Assembly: GCA_003614675.1 (NCBI GenBank)
Contig: ML002416.1
Coordinates: 1 to 32,785, forward strand
Reading direction: 5' to 3'
DNA from: Dimargaris cristalligena
Taxonomy: Eukaryota
Length of the DNA stretch: 32,785 bases
A model generated the notes under the pieces. The model did no database searches. It worked only from the letters and a program-made list of their open reading frames with translations, and was not told the origin of the DNA. Shown in pieces: positions 1 to 11,469 of this stretch (positions are counted from its first letter, which is position 1; every line of letters begins with the position of its first letter). Position numbers and translations under genes: made by a program.

Positions 1-500
1 TGAACTGTGCCGACGTGAAGATTGATGGTAAGGCAGGCGGCAAGCTTTCGGGGCCCAAGATTGTAATTGCCAACTACCCCGGGGGTGTCACTATCGGCGA
101 GTTTCTTAGCGGTACTAACGACGGCAGCGAGTACTACCCCGGTGGCAGTGGTAGCGGTAGTAAGACCTCTACGATTGGCGATTCTGAAGAAACGGAGCCA
201 GCTTCGGTCAAGAAAACCACCACTAAATCCAGTAAGGGTACCAAAAACCCTGCCATTCCAGCCGACGACGAGGATACCTCCTAGACTACTACCGAAAAGC
301 CGACCACAACCAAACCCTCTACAACAAGCGGCGAGTCTGCTGGTCCGGCCTGTAAATCCGCTGGAAAATCGCCCGATATCATCGTGAAGCTTCAAGGCCA
401 GGAAATTGTCACCTCTTGTATTAAGGGGATGGTGCGCAATAACATTAACGGTGTGGGTGCCTTCTGTGACATTCCCAAGAAGGGGGCCCAGGCGGCCTAG
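1..500 (+). pseudogene. 3' part of AA11-like LPMO paralogue 1 (5' end outside window), with an in-frame TAG at 282-284 before the C-terminal Cys module
   Basis: Frame 3 reads NCADVKIDGKAGGKLSGPKIVIANYPGGVTIGEF, nearly identical to the intact copy at 4331-5356. After TAG 282-284 the same frame continues TTTEKPTTTKP...PACKSAGKSPDIIVKLQGQEIVTSCIKGMVRNNINGVGAFCDIPKKGAQAA* (stop 498-500), homologous to the intact copy's tail. It could still make a truncated catalytic-domain-only protein. Confidence 0.75.
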
Positions 501-1234
501 TCTCCACCAGCTTGCTATTTTTCTTGCCGCTGCTTATCTATCCCTTGGTTTTGATTGATGGGGCTAATGCGGTACTCATTATTTTTGTCTTTTTCATGGA
601 ATTTATCTAAGTCTTGGTTAAATCGATACAGGGCTGGTCCCTTTTGCGATAACCAGGTATATCGTGCTGAATTGCTACACGGTCTTGGAGTATGTCAAGG
701 AGCTGGCTTCCCCGATATTGCCCATTACAACACACGTCTTTCCGAGCTACTGCCTTTTTTGTATTCACATCTATTAAGATAATTAGTTCTTTATTTATAA
801 ACGCATTTCTGGCATTCGGCATGATTGAGCCTATCTAGCCAACCAAAGACATACAACAGAAGCTGTGCTTCTTCACTTCCCTTATTAAAACTGGTCTATA
901 AGTCCTGTAGCGGAAATTTGTAAACTAGTAATAAATATTTTATTTTGGGCCATGTAGTTTATCAGGGGCAGTGGAGGCCAATACGTGGCTGATGGACCAT
1001 CTATTATTACGTTGTGGAAGGTTACCTGAAATAAAACAGTATATGATGTAATACGGATAGCTAGTATACTTTTATACTAATTTGTTGAAAATTATATCCT
1101 GATGAGTTTTTTCTCATCCTATTTCCTCTAATCATGCTGGTTTATTTAGTTAACCTGAGTCACTCATTCTAACCACCTATCATTCACCCTACCGATTATA
1201 CTGTGTAATATAACTAACCACCTAGAGGCACTCG

Positions 1235-2306
1235 CCATCTTCTAGCTGCTTTCTTCTCTTACTCCCAGTTGTACTGCACCATCTTTATACTTCAATATAA
1301 TTACACTAGTAGAAAATTTACCATGTTGCCAGGGAGGGGTACATTAGTTATATTAAGGGATGATCATAATTTACAAGGCATTGGGTTATACTACTGTACA
1401 AACCCTTCTATAGTGCTTAATTTGAAGAAGGGATACATAATATGCACAAATTATGTAGCTATGTAAAAATATATTATTAGGTCTCCAATAGTTTTATATT
1501 CTAATTAATCATGTCTCAGTACTCCCTTGTATTCAAATATTTAGCAATGGGGATACTGAAATATTAGACCATTTAATCCTCCTTAATCCAGACACCTTAA
1601 TATCTATCCCTATTAGGCCTTATAGTACCATATTAACCTTCCCATAGTCACCCCTAGTACTATGGGATCATCCTATATCATATAACCCTCCCCTTTTGGA
1701 CTCCACCTCTTTGCACTAATTACTCAAGTGCTAATCCAAAGACTCGTCCAGTTACCACTGGAGTCTTCCAGATACTAGCAGCTATCCAGTTGGCCTATTT
1801 GCCTATACCTTAGACTTAGCAGTAGTCTTCCCTTGGGACCTCCTTCTGGAGTTGTCCCAGTGTATATATAACTGGGGCCCATTGGGACTGGTTAGATTCC
1901 TTAGCTTATTCTTATCCCTAGTTTACCCCCAATAAACTCTATATATACTCACTCCCCCTATATTAATTATTAAGTGTGCTGACTATATGTGCCTCACATA
2001 TCCCTGCCACTGAGCCTTTATTAGTTAGTACTGTACCTGATACTAGTAGCCTGCTTGGCTAAGTCTAAGCCCTAACTACTGTTAGAAGCCTATCCTCAGG
2101 ACTCTTGATAGACTAAGAGTGGTTAACCCAGATGAAAGGAGTCTACACCTTGTGAAGCCTTTAATCATTATTGACATGTATGTTGTGAGGTTACCATATA
2201 TACCAGTTTAAGGCCTATCTCTAAGTATACAACATTAGATACATGTTGTGAATATTGAAGGTAATAGAGTTTACTTTCTCAATAGGATAAGAGTAATTCA
2301 AAATTG
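1235..2306. other. CpG-depleted, TpA-rich stretch; probable decayed repeat or transposon relic
   Basis: By eye only one CG dinucleotide (1745-1746) between the CGs at 1233 and 2307, while flanks and genes are rich in CG. No long ORF. The element family was not recognised. Confidence 0.5.
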
Positions 2307-2840
2307 CGATATGTTGAGGGGTGTTCTGTATTAATTTCCCAAGAGAACTGTATAAGTGTAGTTTTGGCAGTTAATTAAATACCTACTTTGATGAAATAAA
2401 ATTTTGACTAAAATGGGCGACCTCCTAACCACCGTACTATCAAAGAACTTCCCTTACCACATAGCCTACATGTCCATTACGGCAAATGTAATTGATAAAG
2501 ACGTATTTCATTGCCAATAGTCAATTTAACTTATTCACAGTTCGAATATGCTAGGGTATAGGGTAGAAATTGGGGTACAAACAGTTAAACGGGAAAATTG
2601 TATAACCCAGCTGGGCTTGTGATACTATGGTACAAAACTTCTGTCAACAAGGGGGGTAGACCTGGTTTCCCAGAAACTTGTGTATAGGGATGCGAATTAT
2701 AAAAGGTAAGCATTTGATATCCAAATGGGAGTGCAGGGGCAAATATATGGGTGTAGAATAAAGTGTGACATAGGAAAGTAAAAAGTTAATGCCATATCAT
2801 CGAGGACAATGATTAGGCTGTCGATGCCAAGATTATATAT

Positions 2841-2976
2841 GGGAGAGGTTCGACCAGGCTATATAACAAAAAATCCGCTGGATGGGGCGAATACTACTGG
2901 TTAAGTATGAATATCCCGCCCATCTTCCCGTACACATATCATTTAAAACCATATACGGCTGGGTCGAATTTCACCC
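2841..2976. mobile_element. 136-bp MITE-like element, copy A
   Basis: Imperfect terminal inverted repeats of ~25-30 bp (GGGAGAGGTTCGACCAGGCTATAT ... ATACGGCTGGGTCGAATTTCACCC), flanked by ATAT on both sides. Aligns without gaps to 17254-17389 and 17590-17725. Confidence 0.75.
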
Positions 2977-4330
2977 ATATATAGGCGACCTCACAGTTTA
3001 TAAAAAGCGGCTGGAAGGTTAAGTAACTGGCCTACCTCAGCGCCGGCAAAACTCCGTGGCCAGGTTGACTCAAATTATAATGGACATCCATGTATCCAGC
3101 TGCTGTACATTTGCAAGGATAAATTTCATTCCGAATTTATGTCTTCTCCATAACTCGCACTTGAGGGTCGCTACTCACGCATATCAATTCGTTCGCTCCA
3201 AGGGCATTGCACCTACTCCGCATTCTCCCTTTTCTTCCCCCCGCACCCCATTGTTTCTTTGGCTATTGAAAATCGGGACCTCAGGTTGGCGGCAAAAAGA
3301 GAACCCGGACCAGCATTTCCCCATATCATTGGATATCGGTGGTAAGTTTACACTAAAGGGAAATAGCGGGGACAGTGGTTAAATGTGCTTTTTCTTTTTA
3401 AAAAAATAAAAGGTCAAGGGGGGAGGGGGAGCGTTGGCTGAGAGGAATGAACGGGCAGTCGGTACACCATTGAATAGCAGTGAGCCGCTGGGTGGTATGG
3501 GATAGGTTAAATGTTTACCATCCAAACCCTCTAACACCTCTCCCCCTTGTTGTAGACAATGGTGGTTGTCTATCCCAAGAGCCCAGACTTCTGTAGCACC
3601 CGTATGAGCAAGGGTATGGGCGAATAGGATACACGAATTTTGGAAAATGGGCAAGTTCGGCTAGCCGGACGGTTCGCTAGAGTTCGGGGATATGTGAGGA
3701 TATGGCCCTATCTTCGACCCTGCCCACTTCAACTCTTGGCATTCCGCACCCATACTACGATGGAAGTAGGTGTGGTGTTCAAATAAGTTTATTCGTATAA
3801 ATAGAGGCGGATACGATATTCCCGACTCGGCTTGTAGCTGTTATTTATTATAATTACATTGATACTTGTCGACAGCCGTTTTTTAAAAAACCAGCTAGTA
3901 GCCATTAACCAATTTTACTACCATTCGGTATTTCTGCCATTGCAGTCTATCCTTTACCTACCCCTATTTCCGCACCCTACTACGTTTTCCTTCGGTAAAT
4001 TAATTCAGCGTGCTGGTCGCGTAAATTATTGGCCGCATTCATTTCTCTAATACTGATATTATATAGTATACGTTTACACACACTCCCTCTCTTAAGTAAT
4101 CTAATTTCCCCATTTGAAAATATTGGTATATTCTGCAAGGCCGGCTGGCTATAATACAACTGTGTTCACCCACCCCTATCAGTTATTGTCTTCGGTTTTC
4201 GACGAGCTATTAACCTTTAGGAACTTTCGGCGATGTGATTTTTTTTCACTCAGTTTTATAGCTACTCTGCTCATTGCTTCACTTACCGCGTGACCCACCA
4301 TATTTTTTACTTATCAAACCAATTATCAAA

Positions 4331-5356
4331 ATGATCGGTTCGACTGTCTTTATCGTCGGTGCTTTGGTCACCAGTGTGGCTGGCCATATATTCCTGGAGA
4401 CCCCTTGTGTTCGCGGGTCAACCGTCGCGGGCTGCGGATATCAAAAACCCGACCCGGACTATCTTTCCTCGCCGATTGGTTCGGGGGGAACAGAAAAATA
4501 CCCTCTGTGCCATTACATGGAACCCTACGCCGAACCTGTGGCCACCTATAAGGCGGGCGGTTCTGCCGAAGTTAAATTCTCATCGCTTGGTGCCACCCAC
4601 AATGGGGGGCACTGCCAATTCTCCCTGTCCTACGACAATGGCGTGACGTTCATCGCCATCCACACCATTATGAATGAATGTCCCACTCTAGGTGGCACAT
4701 TAAGTATTCCCATTCCCTCCGACGCTCCCGCCGCCGAGATGGCTATTTTCGCTTGGACCTGGGTCAACAAAACGGGCAATCGCGAGTTCTACATGAACTG
4801 CGCCGATGTGAAGATTGATGGTAAGGTAGGTGGCACGCTTTCGGGGCCCGAGATTGTTATTGCTAACTTCCCCCACGGGGTTACCATTGGGGAATTTACC
4901 AGCGGTGGCGATGATGGTAGCCAATATTACCCGGGTGGTAGTAGTAGCGGCGGTACAGTCACGGTCAGTGGTTCCGACGAGAAGGTAGTGGTCGCACCTG
5001 AGGCGACCCCTGTCGCCACACCCACTGAATATATCGGCACCCCTGTTGCTACACCCACCGAAGAAATCATCACCCCCGTCGCCGCACCCGTCGAAGAAAG
5101 CGCCAGCCCGGTGGCCGAACAAGTAATCACCATCCCTGTACCGGTCGAAGACACTACAGCTAATACAACCATTACAACGAGCAATGACCAAACTTCCCTT
5201 CCCGGCTGTAAATCCAAGGGACAATCAGGGGAGATTGTCGTCAAAGTATTCGGCAAAGATGTGGTTACCATGTGTGGCCCGGGATTGATTTGTAACGACC
5301 AGGGTTCGGGGCCCTATTGTGGCTATGCCTATAATGCCGCCGCCGTGGCGGCCTGA
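4331..5356 (+). CDS. Secreted AA11-like (chitin-type) lytic polysaccharide monooxygenase with Pro/Thr/Glu linker and C-terminal 4-Cys module, 341 aa
   Basis: ATG at 4331 in CAAAATG context (the track's TTG start at 4274 is upstream). Signal peptide MIGSTVFIVGALVTSVAG is followed by His (4385-4387), the His-brace His1. Motifs ATHNGGHCQFSLSYD and AWTWVNKTGNREFYMNCADV are characteristic of AA11. No introns. Confidence 0.85.
   Translation: MIGSTVFIVGALVTSVAGHIFLETPCVRGSTVAGCGYQKPDPDYLSSPIGSGGTEKYPLCHYMEPYAEPVATYKAGGSAEVKFSSLGATHNGGHCQFSLSYDNGVTFIAIHTIMNECPTLGGTLSIPIPSDAPAAEMAIFAWTWVNKTGNREFYMNCADVKIDGKVGGTLSGPEIVIANFPHGVTIGEFTSGGDDGSQYYPGGSSSGGTVTVSGSDEKVVVAPEATPVATPTEYIGTPVATPTEEIITPVAAPVEESASPVAEQVITIPVPVEDTTANTTITTSNDQTSLPGCKSKGQSGEIVVKVFGKDVVTMCGPGLICNDQGSGPYCGYAYNAAAVAA
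5006..5116 (+). repeat. 33-bp (11-aa) tandem repeat in the LPMO linker, about 3.3 units
   Basis: TPVATPTEYIG / TPVATPTEEII / TPVAAPVEESA / SPVA, with units starting at 5006, 5039, 5072 and 5105. Confidence 0.8.
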
Positions 5357-7950
5357 TTTACCACCCACCTGTCCCTACTACTATCATTTTCACTGTCATG
5401 CCAGTTTGCCTTGGATATCCCCCAACTGTAACATAATTGCTTTATAAATATTTATCCCGAAAATAACCAGCGTAATGATCTTTACCAACTATTTAGTATC
5501 TAACCCTCCATTAGACTGGAATCCTACCAAGTGTCTTATCCGGAAATGCTATTTAATTAGCCATGTTGGCCCAGTAGCACCCCCGTCATATTTTGCCCAT
5601 TACTCGCCACCTACTTCGCTTTTTTTATAGCTATGTAAATGTTAGGCAACTATGCAAATAAATACTTATTATTCTAATGACATTTGTGGACCTATCTTAC
5701 CCCTGCCAATCCCCAGCAATTATGTCGTTGGGCATGTTACTAGTGGAATTCTTTTTGGGGGGATTGTCATAAATGCGCTTTACTGTGCTATACTACTACT
5801 ATACTATGAGCTTCGTTTTAGGGGGAACAAACGTATCAATTGCAATTTGGCCCATCTAACTGAACTATAAGCACCTACTCCCTTTAACACTAGTGACTAA
5901 TAAAACGAATTGCGCATTTAACCTGCACTCAGTGCCTGTGACGGTTGGAATGGTCGCTGTGATGTTCTAGTTTACTATGTTGGGCCTAACCAAAAGGAAT
6001 GGCATTCTTAATAGCAATACATTATCCGTCGAATTCTCAGCCATGTACTAGGTCCAATATATTTAATTCTAAGTAAAGTGAAGGGTAACAATTAAGAATG
6101 AATTGTAATTTGTGTATGAAAAATTGACAAAGCTTTCGTTAAAATAGCCTCGCAGCCTTTAAATGGCGGCCTGGATAGCTGAATTTACGTTGGCTATACA
6201 AGAGGACAACACTTCCTATGCCTAACTAGTAGTTCATTATGTAAGTGAGCTCTGGTGTTGTATGAAAATGGCAATGCATCTTGGTCGACTTTTGCATAAC
6301 TTTTGGTCATTGAATTAGTATGAGTTTTATCAGGTTATGAGAGGACTCGGGTCTGCCATTAATAAAGATCGAGCCTTGCGCTCTAAGCGCATACCCACCA
6401 AAGTGAGTCTCCAGTTTTCAATACCAGGTAGTTAACCAAACTCTATTATAAAGCTATTACCCAACCCTGCATAGTAACCCGGTGCAGTAATTGAACTCCA
6501 CTAATTATGCCGGAGGCGTCGATGACTATACTGTTTAACTAATAAACATTACCTATGGTATTCTATCCCCGACGGCCACTATACAGACAAGTACACATTG
6601 AGTGCTTCCGGATAGGCATAATCAGCCTGCAAGACCCTGTCGACAGATATACGTTCACAATAGACGAGATGCTGGTTAAATGGGGGGCATTGATGCGAAT
6701 GATTTAATTTCTAGGGCGTGAGAGCCAACGACGACGCTGATTTTTAGAGTGAGGCGAGTGGCTCTATCCAAAAAAAGAAATTGGTATTACGGTCCATCGT
6801 CGGATTCGGAGGACATGGAAATTGTCTGTGTTTAACACCAACACATTTCTATTTGTGACTGTCCTGGTATTTAGCCGACGACTTCCCGACATATGGAAAT
6901 GCATCAATGCTTCGCCATTAGGCCTGACTACCTTGTCTTCAACTCTACTCCATTATTCGCTGCTCCATTCTATGGCTTATCACTAGGGGCTTGATTACCA
7001 CCTCTCCTCCTTCCATCTACTGCGCTCTATTATTTAGTTGGTCATTCCTTTTTTGTCATTACGCCTTTCAATAAATGAAGAATCCACTCATTTTTTAGCA
7101 CAGGGGGGGGGGGTCGGGATTGCTTTTACCAAATGCCCATTAATTATGTATCTATGGCTTTTTGCTACCCCTCTCTCCCTCTCATCCCCCGGTTGCTATC
7201 CAATGAATCGAAACTCTCAACCAAGTAATAGTCCGTGTAGCAATGAGTGAGGGTCGGGGCCAAATGGAACCCACTTCACTATTCGCAGGAGGGCAGGGAT
7301 AAGAGACCACGGGCACAATATATACCCCTCCCTCGAGGGCCAACTAACTGCCCTGGCAGTAATGGATAACAATGCTCCGCATGGAACAACATGGCCTTTG
7401 AACAGATCCCGGATTTGCACCCGTCGGCCAATTCAGTTACCACTACCAGCATGCCATAATAACCAAAGGACCAAGACGAGGGTGACTTGGCTGGGCGGGG
7501 GAAGGATTGCCGCCACGATCAGGCACATGGCCCCTCCCCTAATTTTTTTGTACTCTACCCTTGGGATGTTGGACATGCCGCTGGGACATCCACTATTATA
7601 AATTTCATATAAATAGGGACCGCCTGGTCGACTATTTACTAATCATCACACTAGCCCCGATTTCCTCGATTCCACCCATGTTCTATACTATTTCGTCTAT
7701 TTTATTGTGCCGGTCACAATTATAGTATCAACTGTGTTTAATTCCCCCCAATCTTCGCCTATACACAACTATCAAGGCACCCTTCAGCTTTCATATCTAT
7801 CATTCGACCGGTCCTCCGTCAGATAGTTTATTTTGGAAAAGCCTTCATTCTCGCTATCTCCGCTTCCTAGTACTCCTTGAACCGCTTGTTCAGCCAGATC
7901 GCTAGTGTTCTCTCATTGGTCCACCCATTCCCCCCCATTCAACTTCCAAA

Positions 7951-8718
7951 ATGATCGGTTCGACTGCCCTTATCTTCAATGCTTTGATCGTCAGTGTGGC
8001 TGGTCACGCATAAATAGAGTCACCTTGTGTACGCGGGTCGCCCGTTCCTGGTTGCAACCCTCCTGAAATCCGGTATGATATCGGGTCCCCCATTGGTGAA
8101 AAAGGGGAGCAGAGGTTTCCCTTGTGCCATTCCGATAAAGCCTATGCCGAACCAGTGGTCACCTATAAGACAGGCGGCACTGCTGATATTAAATTCTCCT
8201 CGGTTGGTGTCCACCACGAGGGTGGCCACTGTCAATTCTCCCTGTCCTACGACAATGGCGCCAAATTCTTCGACATCCACACCACCTTGGGTGATTGTAA
8301 AATGGCAGGCAAGTCGGTTAGTATTCCCATCCCCTCTGACGCTCCCGCCGCCAAGAAGGCCGTTTTGGCCTGGTCGTGGGTTAATAAAGTGGGCGTACGT
8401 GGGTTTTACATGAATTGTGCCGACGTGACGATTACGAATACGAGTGCAAGCAAGACCACCGAATTTTATTCGCGGCCCCGTATGGTTATTGCCAACTTCC
8501 CCGGTGGTGTCACAATCGGCGAGTTCCCGAACGATACTAACGACGGCAGAGAATATTACCCCAGTGATAGCCGTAGCGGTAGCGGCGATTCGGAAAAACC
8601 CAAGGATCCTGTCATTCCGCTGCCGACCTCGACAAGCGAAGAGGGCAGTGACAGTACCCCTAAGAAGAAGAACAATAAGTCCAATTCCAAGGATGACGAT
8701 GACGAGGATGAAGAATAG
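7951..8718 (+). pseudogene. AA11-like LPMO paralogue 3, nonsense codon two codons after His1
   Basis: ATG 7951 MIGSTALIFNALIVSVAG-H-A-TAA(8011-8013)-IESPCVRGS..., then open in the same frame to TAG 8716-8718 (GVHHEGGHCQFSLSYDNG; AWSWVNKVGVRGFYMNCADV). GNREFY has become GVRGFY and there is no intact C-terminal Cys module. Confidence 0.85.
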
Positions 8719-9837
8719 GTCGGCGGAACTTATCGCCCGGGATCATGGGGTATTCGTTGGCCGAGTAACCGGGCTCTTTTGTACAGACTATTTGGACTGG
8801 ACCTCATCGGCATTTTCATCGAAGTTGTGGTACGCGGCATCACCAACACCAATGTAGACCGGGAAAGGCTTCGGTGGTTGAATTTGTATAGCCATGCCTA
8901 AGAAGGCCGAGTTCTCGATTTTTTCAACCATTCTCTTCATGGCAAGTGCGGTCTAACCCTGTGGCGCCCCTTCAAAGTTATGTATAGGACTGGCTTAGTT
9001 TACCTAAAATAGACTACGGAACATTGTTTATCTGGGACGCACCACTCTGGATTTGGGTATATCTCTAAATACACCAATAAAATAGGTGACCAATGACACA
9101 TTGCCTTTCATTCGGATTTTAGCATGTACTGGGCGGCATTTAGGACTGCACTCGTGATTATATCACCTTTTTGGGGTTGTGGTGAGTTCGGGTTATGGAG
9201 AGGAATCATTAGCACTTATGCTACACATTTTCATTATATATCAGGGAAAGGCATGCCGATGGCTATCGAAAACAAGCCAAACGACTCAACTGGCCTAAAT
9301 ACCACACCATGATTCCTTTGGGAATGTGTCAGCTAGACTATAATGATATGGCACTATATCCCAATAACTCGGCGTGCTAAGGCCCCAGTGAATATAAAAC
9401 CCTGCCGGTCCGTAAGGGCATGAGGAAACTTCCTTATCTAGTAGGCCAAGGGCCGATTCGATGAAGTTTTCGGTGATACCCCCAGGTATAGTATACTTAG
9501 GAATACGGGGAGATCCCATGTCGAATGGGGATGGGAAGAGGGCTATGTAATTGTCTTGGAGGCCCTTTTTACACCAACCACCCTTCCCAAGTGCCAGAGC
9601 AGCCTCAACCCAGGTTAGATCCTACGGTTAAACAGCACCCCGGACTCTGCTGAATCTCTCCAGTGTATAGGAATGTCCAACGGCCTCCCCCCTATTGCTG
9701 ATCAACCCCAGCTCATTCGTCTGCCAGTCCAAGGTACTTGAGCTATACTGTAAATCGGACGATCCGACTCTCCAATTCCTCTTGTATTTTCTTTTCTTTA
9801 CGTCTCGCTTTTTGAATTCCCTTCGAGCGGCTTCTTA

Positions 9838-9862
9838 CTCTCTCTCTCTCTCTCTCTCTCTC
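9838..9862 (+). repeat. (CT)12 microsatellite in the pyrimidine-rich region upstream of the uL23m gene
   Basis: CTCTCT... run ending about 60 bp before ATG 9922. Confidence 0.9.
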
Positions 9863-9921
9863 GCTCTTTCAACTATCCCGCCTTTATATTAGATATATAT
9901 TTAAATATTTACCTTGCCACC

Positions 9922-10404
9922 ATGTCGTCCGCTGTTACCCGGACCCCCTTTGGCAAGAAGGTGGTGTACTTTCCGACCCATGTCTTCCGCATGGTGCGCA
10001 TGGATAAGCTAGAGCCCAATCAAGCGGCCTTCCACGTCCCCGTCAATGTCAACAAGCTGGACATCCGCGATTACCTCACCAACCTCTACAATGTCACCGT
10101 TATGGACGTCCGTACCGTGATCCAAGCCGGCCGTAAACGGTACAATCCGCAGTTGCGTTCCTTTGAACGGGAGGCCCGGATCAAGAAGGCCATCGTCACG
10201 TTCGACACCACGGTGCAGTACCCGCCCAAACCTAACCCCGAGGACTTTAGCGCCCACCTGCGGGACTTGTCGGAGAAATTCACGAAATTAAAGCTCGAGG
10301 GCTGGCGTCCACGGTTCCCCGAACGCAACAAGCTGTTCGGTGTGACGGACGAGAAGGCTGAGGCGGAAAAGAAGGTCGAGGCGGAGAAGAGCAACAAGGC
10401 TTAG
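9922..10404 (+). CDS. MRP20: Mitochondrial large-subunit ribosomal protein uL23m (Mrp20/L41 family), 160 aa
   Basis: FGKKVVYFP...QAAFHVPVNVNKLDIRDYLTNLYNVTVMDVRTVI...KKAIVT matches the fungal Mrp20/uL23 pattern. GCCACCATG start context and GC3-rich codons. Confidence 0.9.
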   Translation: MSSAVTRTPFGKKVVYFPTHVFRMVRMDKLEPNQAAFHVPVNVNKLDIRDYLTNLYNVTVMDVRTVIQAGRKRYNPQLRSFEREARIKKAIVTFDTTVQYPPKPNPEDFSAHLRDLSEKFTKLKLEGWRPRFPERNKLFGVTDEKAEAEKKVEAEKSNKA

Positions 10405-10992
10405 GCAATACCTATTACTTCTCTTTCCTAGGCATTGTCCCCGCATATAATTGTTGGCCCTGCGTGGTATAAGATTAAACAAACATAAATTAAAATTATA
10501 GTTACAACTTAAGGGTGCAGCACGCCTCGCCAATCGTCTTTTTTACGGTACTAATTAATATAAAATACTTAAAAGAATAATGATTTCGGCAGTACCATGA
10601 TATTAGCAGGGTTGGCAACTGACTTCATATGGCAGCTCAGTAAACCTAAACTGTTGAACCGCGGTGAGAGATTTCAACTGGAACATCGCCAAATACAGAG
10701 AACCCCGGATTTAGACATTGCAGCCATGCAAGAATCGCTAATAGATGATTATGAGTAGCGAAAATATGGGTAGGTTGGTTCAATATATATGGTTGAGTAA
10801 TTATAGTGAAAACTAAGGCATTTATTGAATCGAGTACCGAGACTATTAGGTTCCCGCATCAAAAACGAACCGGAAACCGACAAAGCGAGGAAAGGGAAGG
10901 ATGTGTAGCATGACGCCATGGGAGGGGTGAAATGAACCGGATCCCAGAGGGTGGCGTAGAGGCAGTGGCACACGGTTCAGAGGAGCGATGAT

Positions 10993-11469
10993 CTAACCGG
11001 ACTTGAACAATAATACGGCCAGATTGCCGATATAAAAATAGATAAAATGCCGGGTTTCTAAGCGTGGTTTAAAAGAGAGATATTAGGGATAGTGGCGTAT
11101 AGAGTCAGGTAAGGGTTAGTGTAGGACTTGGTGATTGGAAACACCCGAAGGTTAATAAGGTGGTCAGTCGAGTAATTGGAATGGTGTGCCTAAAATAATA
11201 TAATTTAGTTGGCGTTAGCAAGATAATCCAAAAGACATGCTTTCTCGTAACTTACCGTGGGTCACATAGGAGCCGAAACTCTTGCCGACGATACAGTGCC
11301 AGGTGGGCTGGAATTTTTTGTCAAATTCGCGCTTAATCTGGGCGGCAATATCCTTTTCCATGGTGAACTGTTCAACGGCACGGTTAGTGATTTCCAGGGC
11401 ATCGGACTGCATCTCTTGGGACATATCCACGCTCTTGACGGTGACGGTGCGATCGGTTGAGCTACCCAT
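10993..11469 (-). CDS. DYN2: Dynein light chain LC8, two coding exons (11469-11256, 11057-10993), 92 aa
   Basis: Exon 1 [20 protein letters not shown]...[34 protein letters not shown], exon 2 [21 protein letters not shown]. Spliced length 279 nt. Classic LC8 signature WHCIVGxxFGSYVTHET. Confidence 0.95.
11058..11255 (-). other. 198-bp spliceosomal intron in the dynein light chain gene
   Basis: GTAAGT donor, CTAAT branch site (+strand ATTAG near 11082-11086) and TAG acceptor. Its removal restores the conserved HETxHFIYF. Confidence 0.92.

Noticed and set aside
4274-4330. ORF-track N-terminal extension of the LPMO from a TTG
   Set aside because: This is a eukaryotic gene; ATG 4331 matches the paralogue start at 7951 and gives a signal peptide ending at His1.
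6636-6690. Frame-3 peptide PVDRYTFTIDEMLVKWG resembling the piggyBac transposase TIDExLVxFxGR motif
   Set aside because: Only about 10 residues match, with no other transposase motifs or TTAA-bounded ends seen. It could be chance; a TBLASTN/HMM hit would be needed.
8719-8910. Possible frameshifted remnant of the LPMO C-terminal module (ATGCCTAAGAAGGCC versus ATTCCCAAGAAGGGG in copy 1)
   Set aside because: Too degenerate to align confidently by eye, so it was left out of the pseudogene call.
10690-10735. ACAGAGAA box reminiscent of U6 snRNA
   Set aside because: The following GATTAGCATGGCCCC and other U6 sequence are absent.
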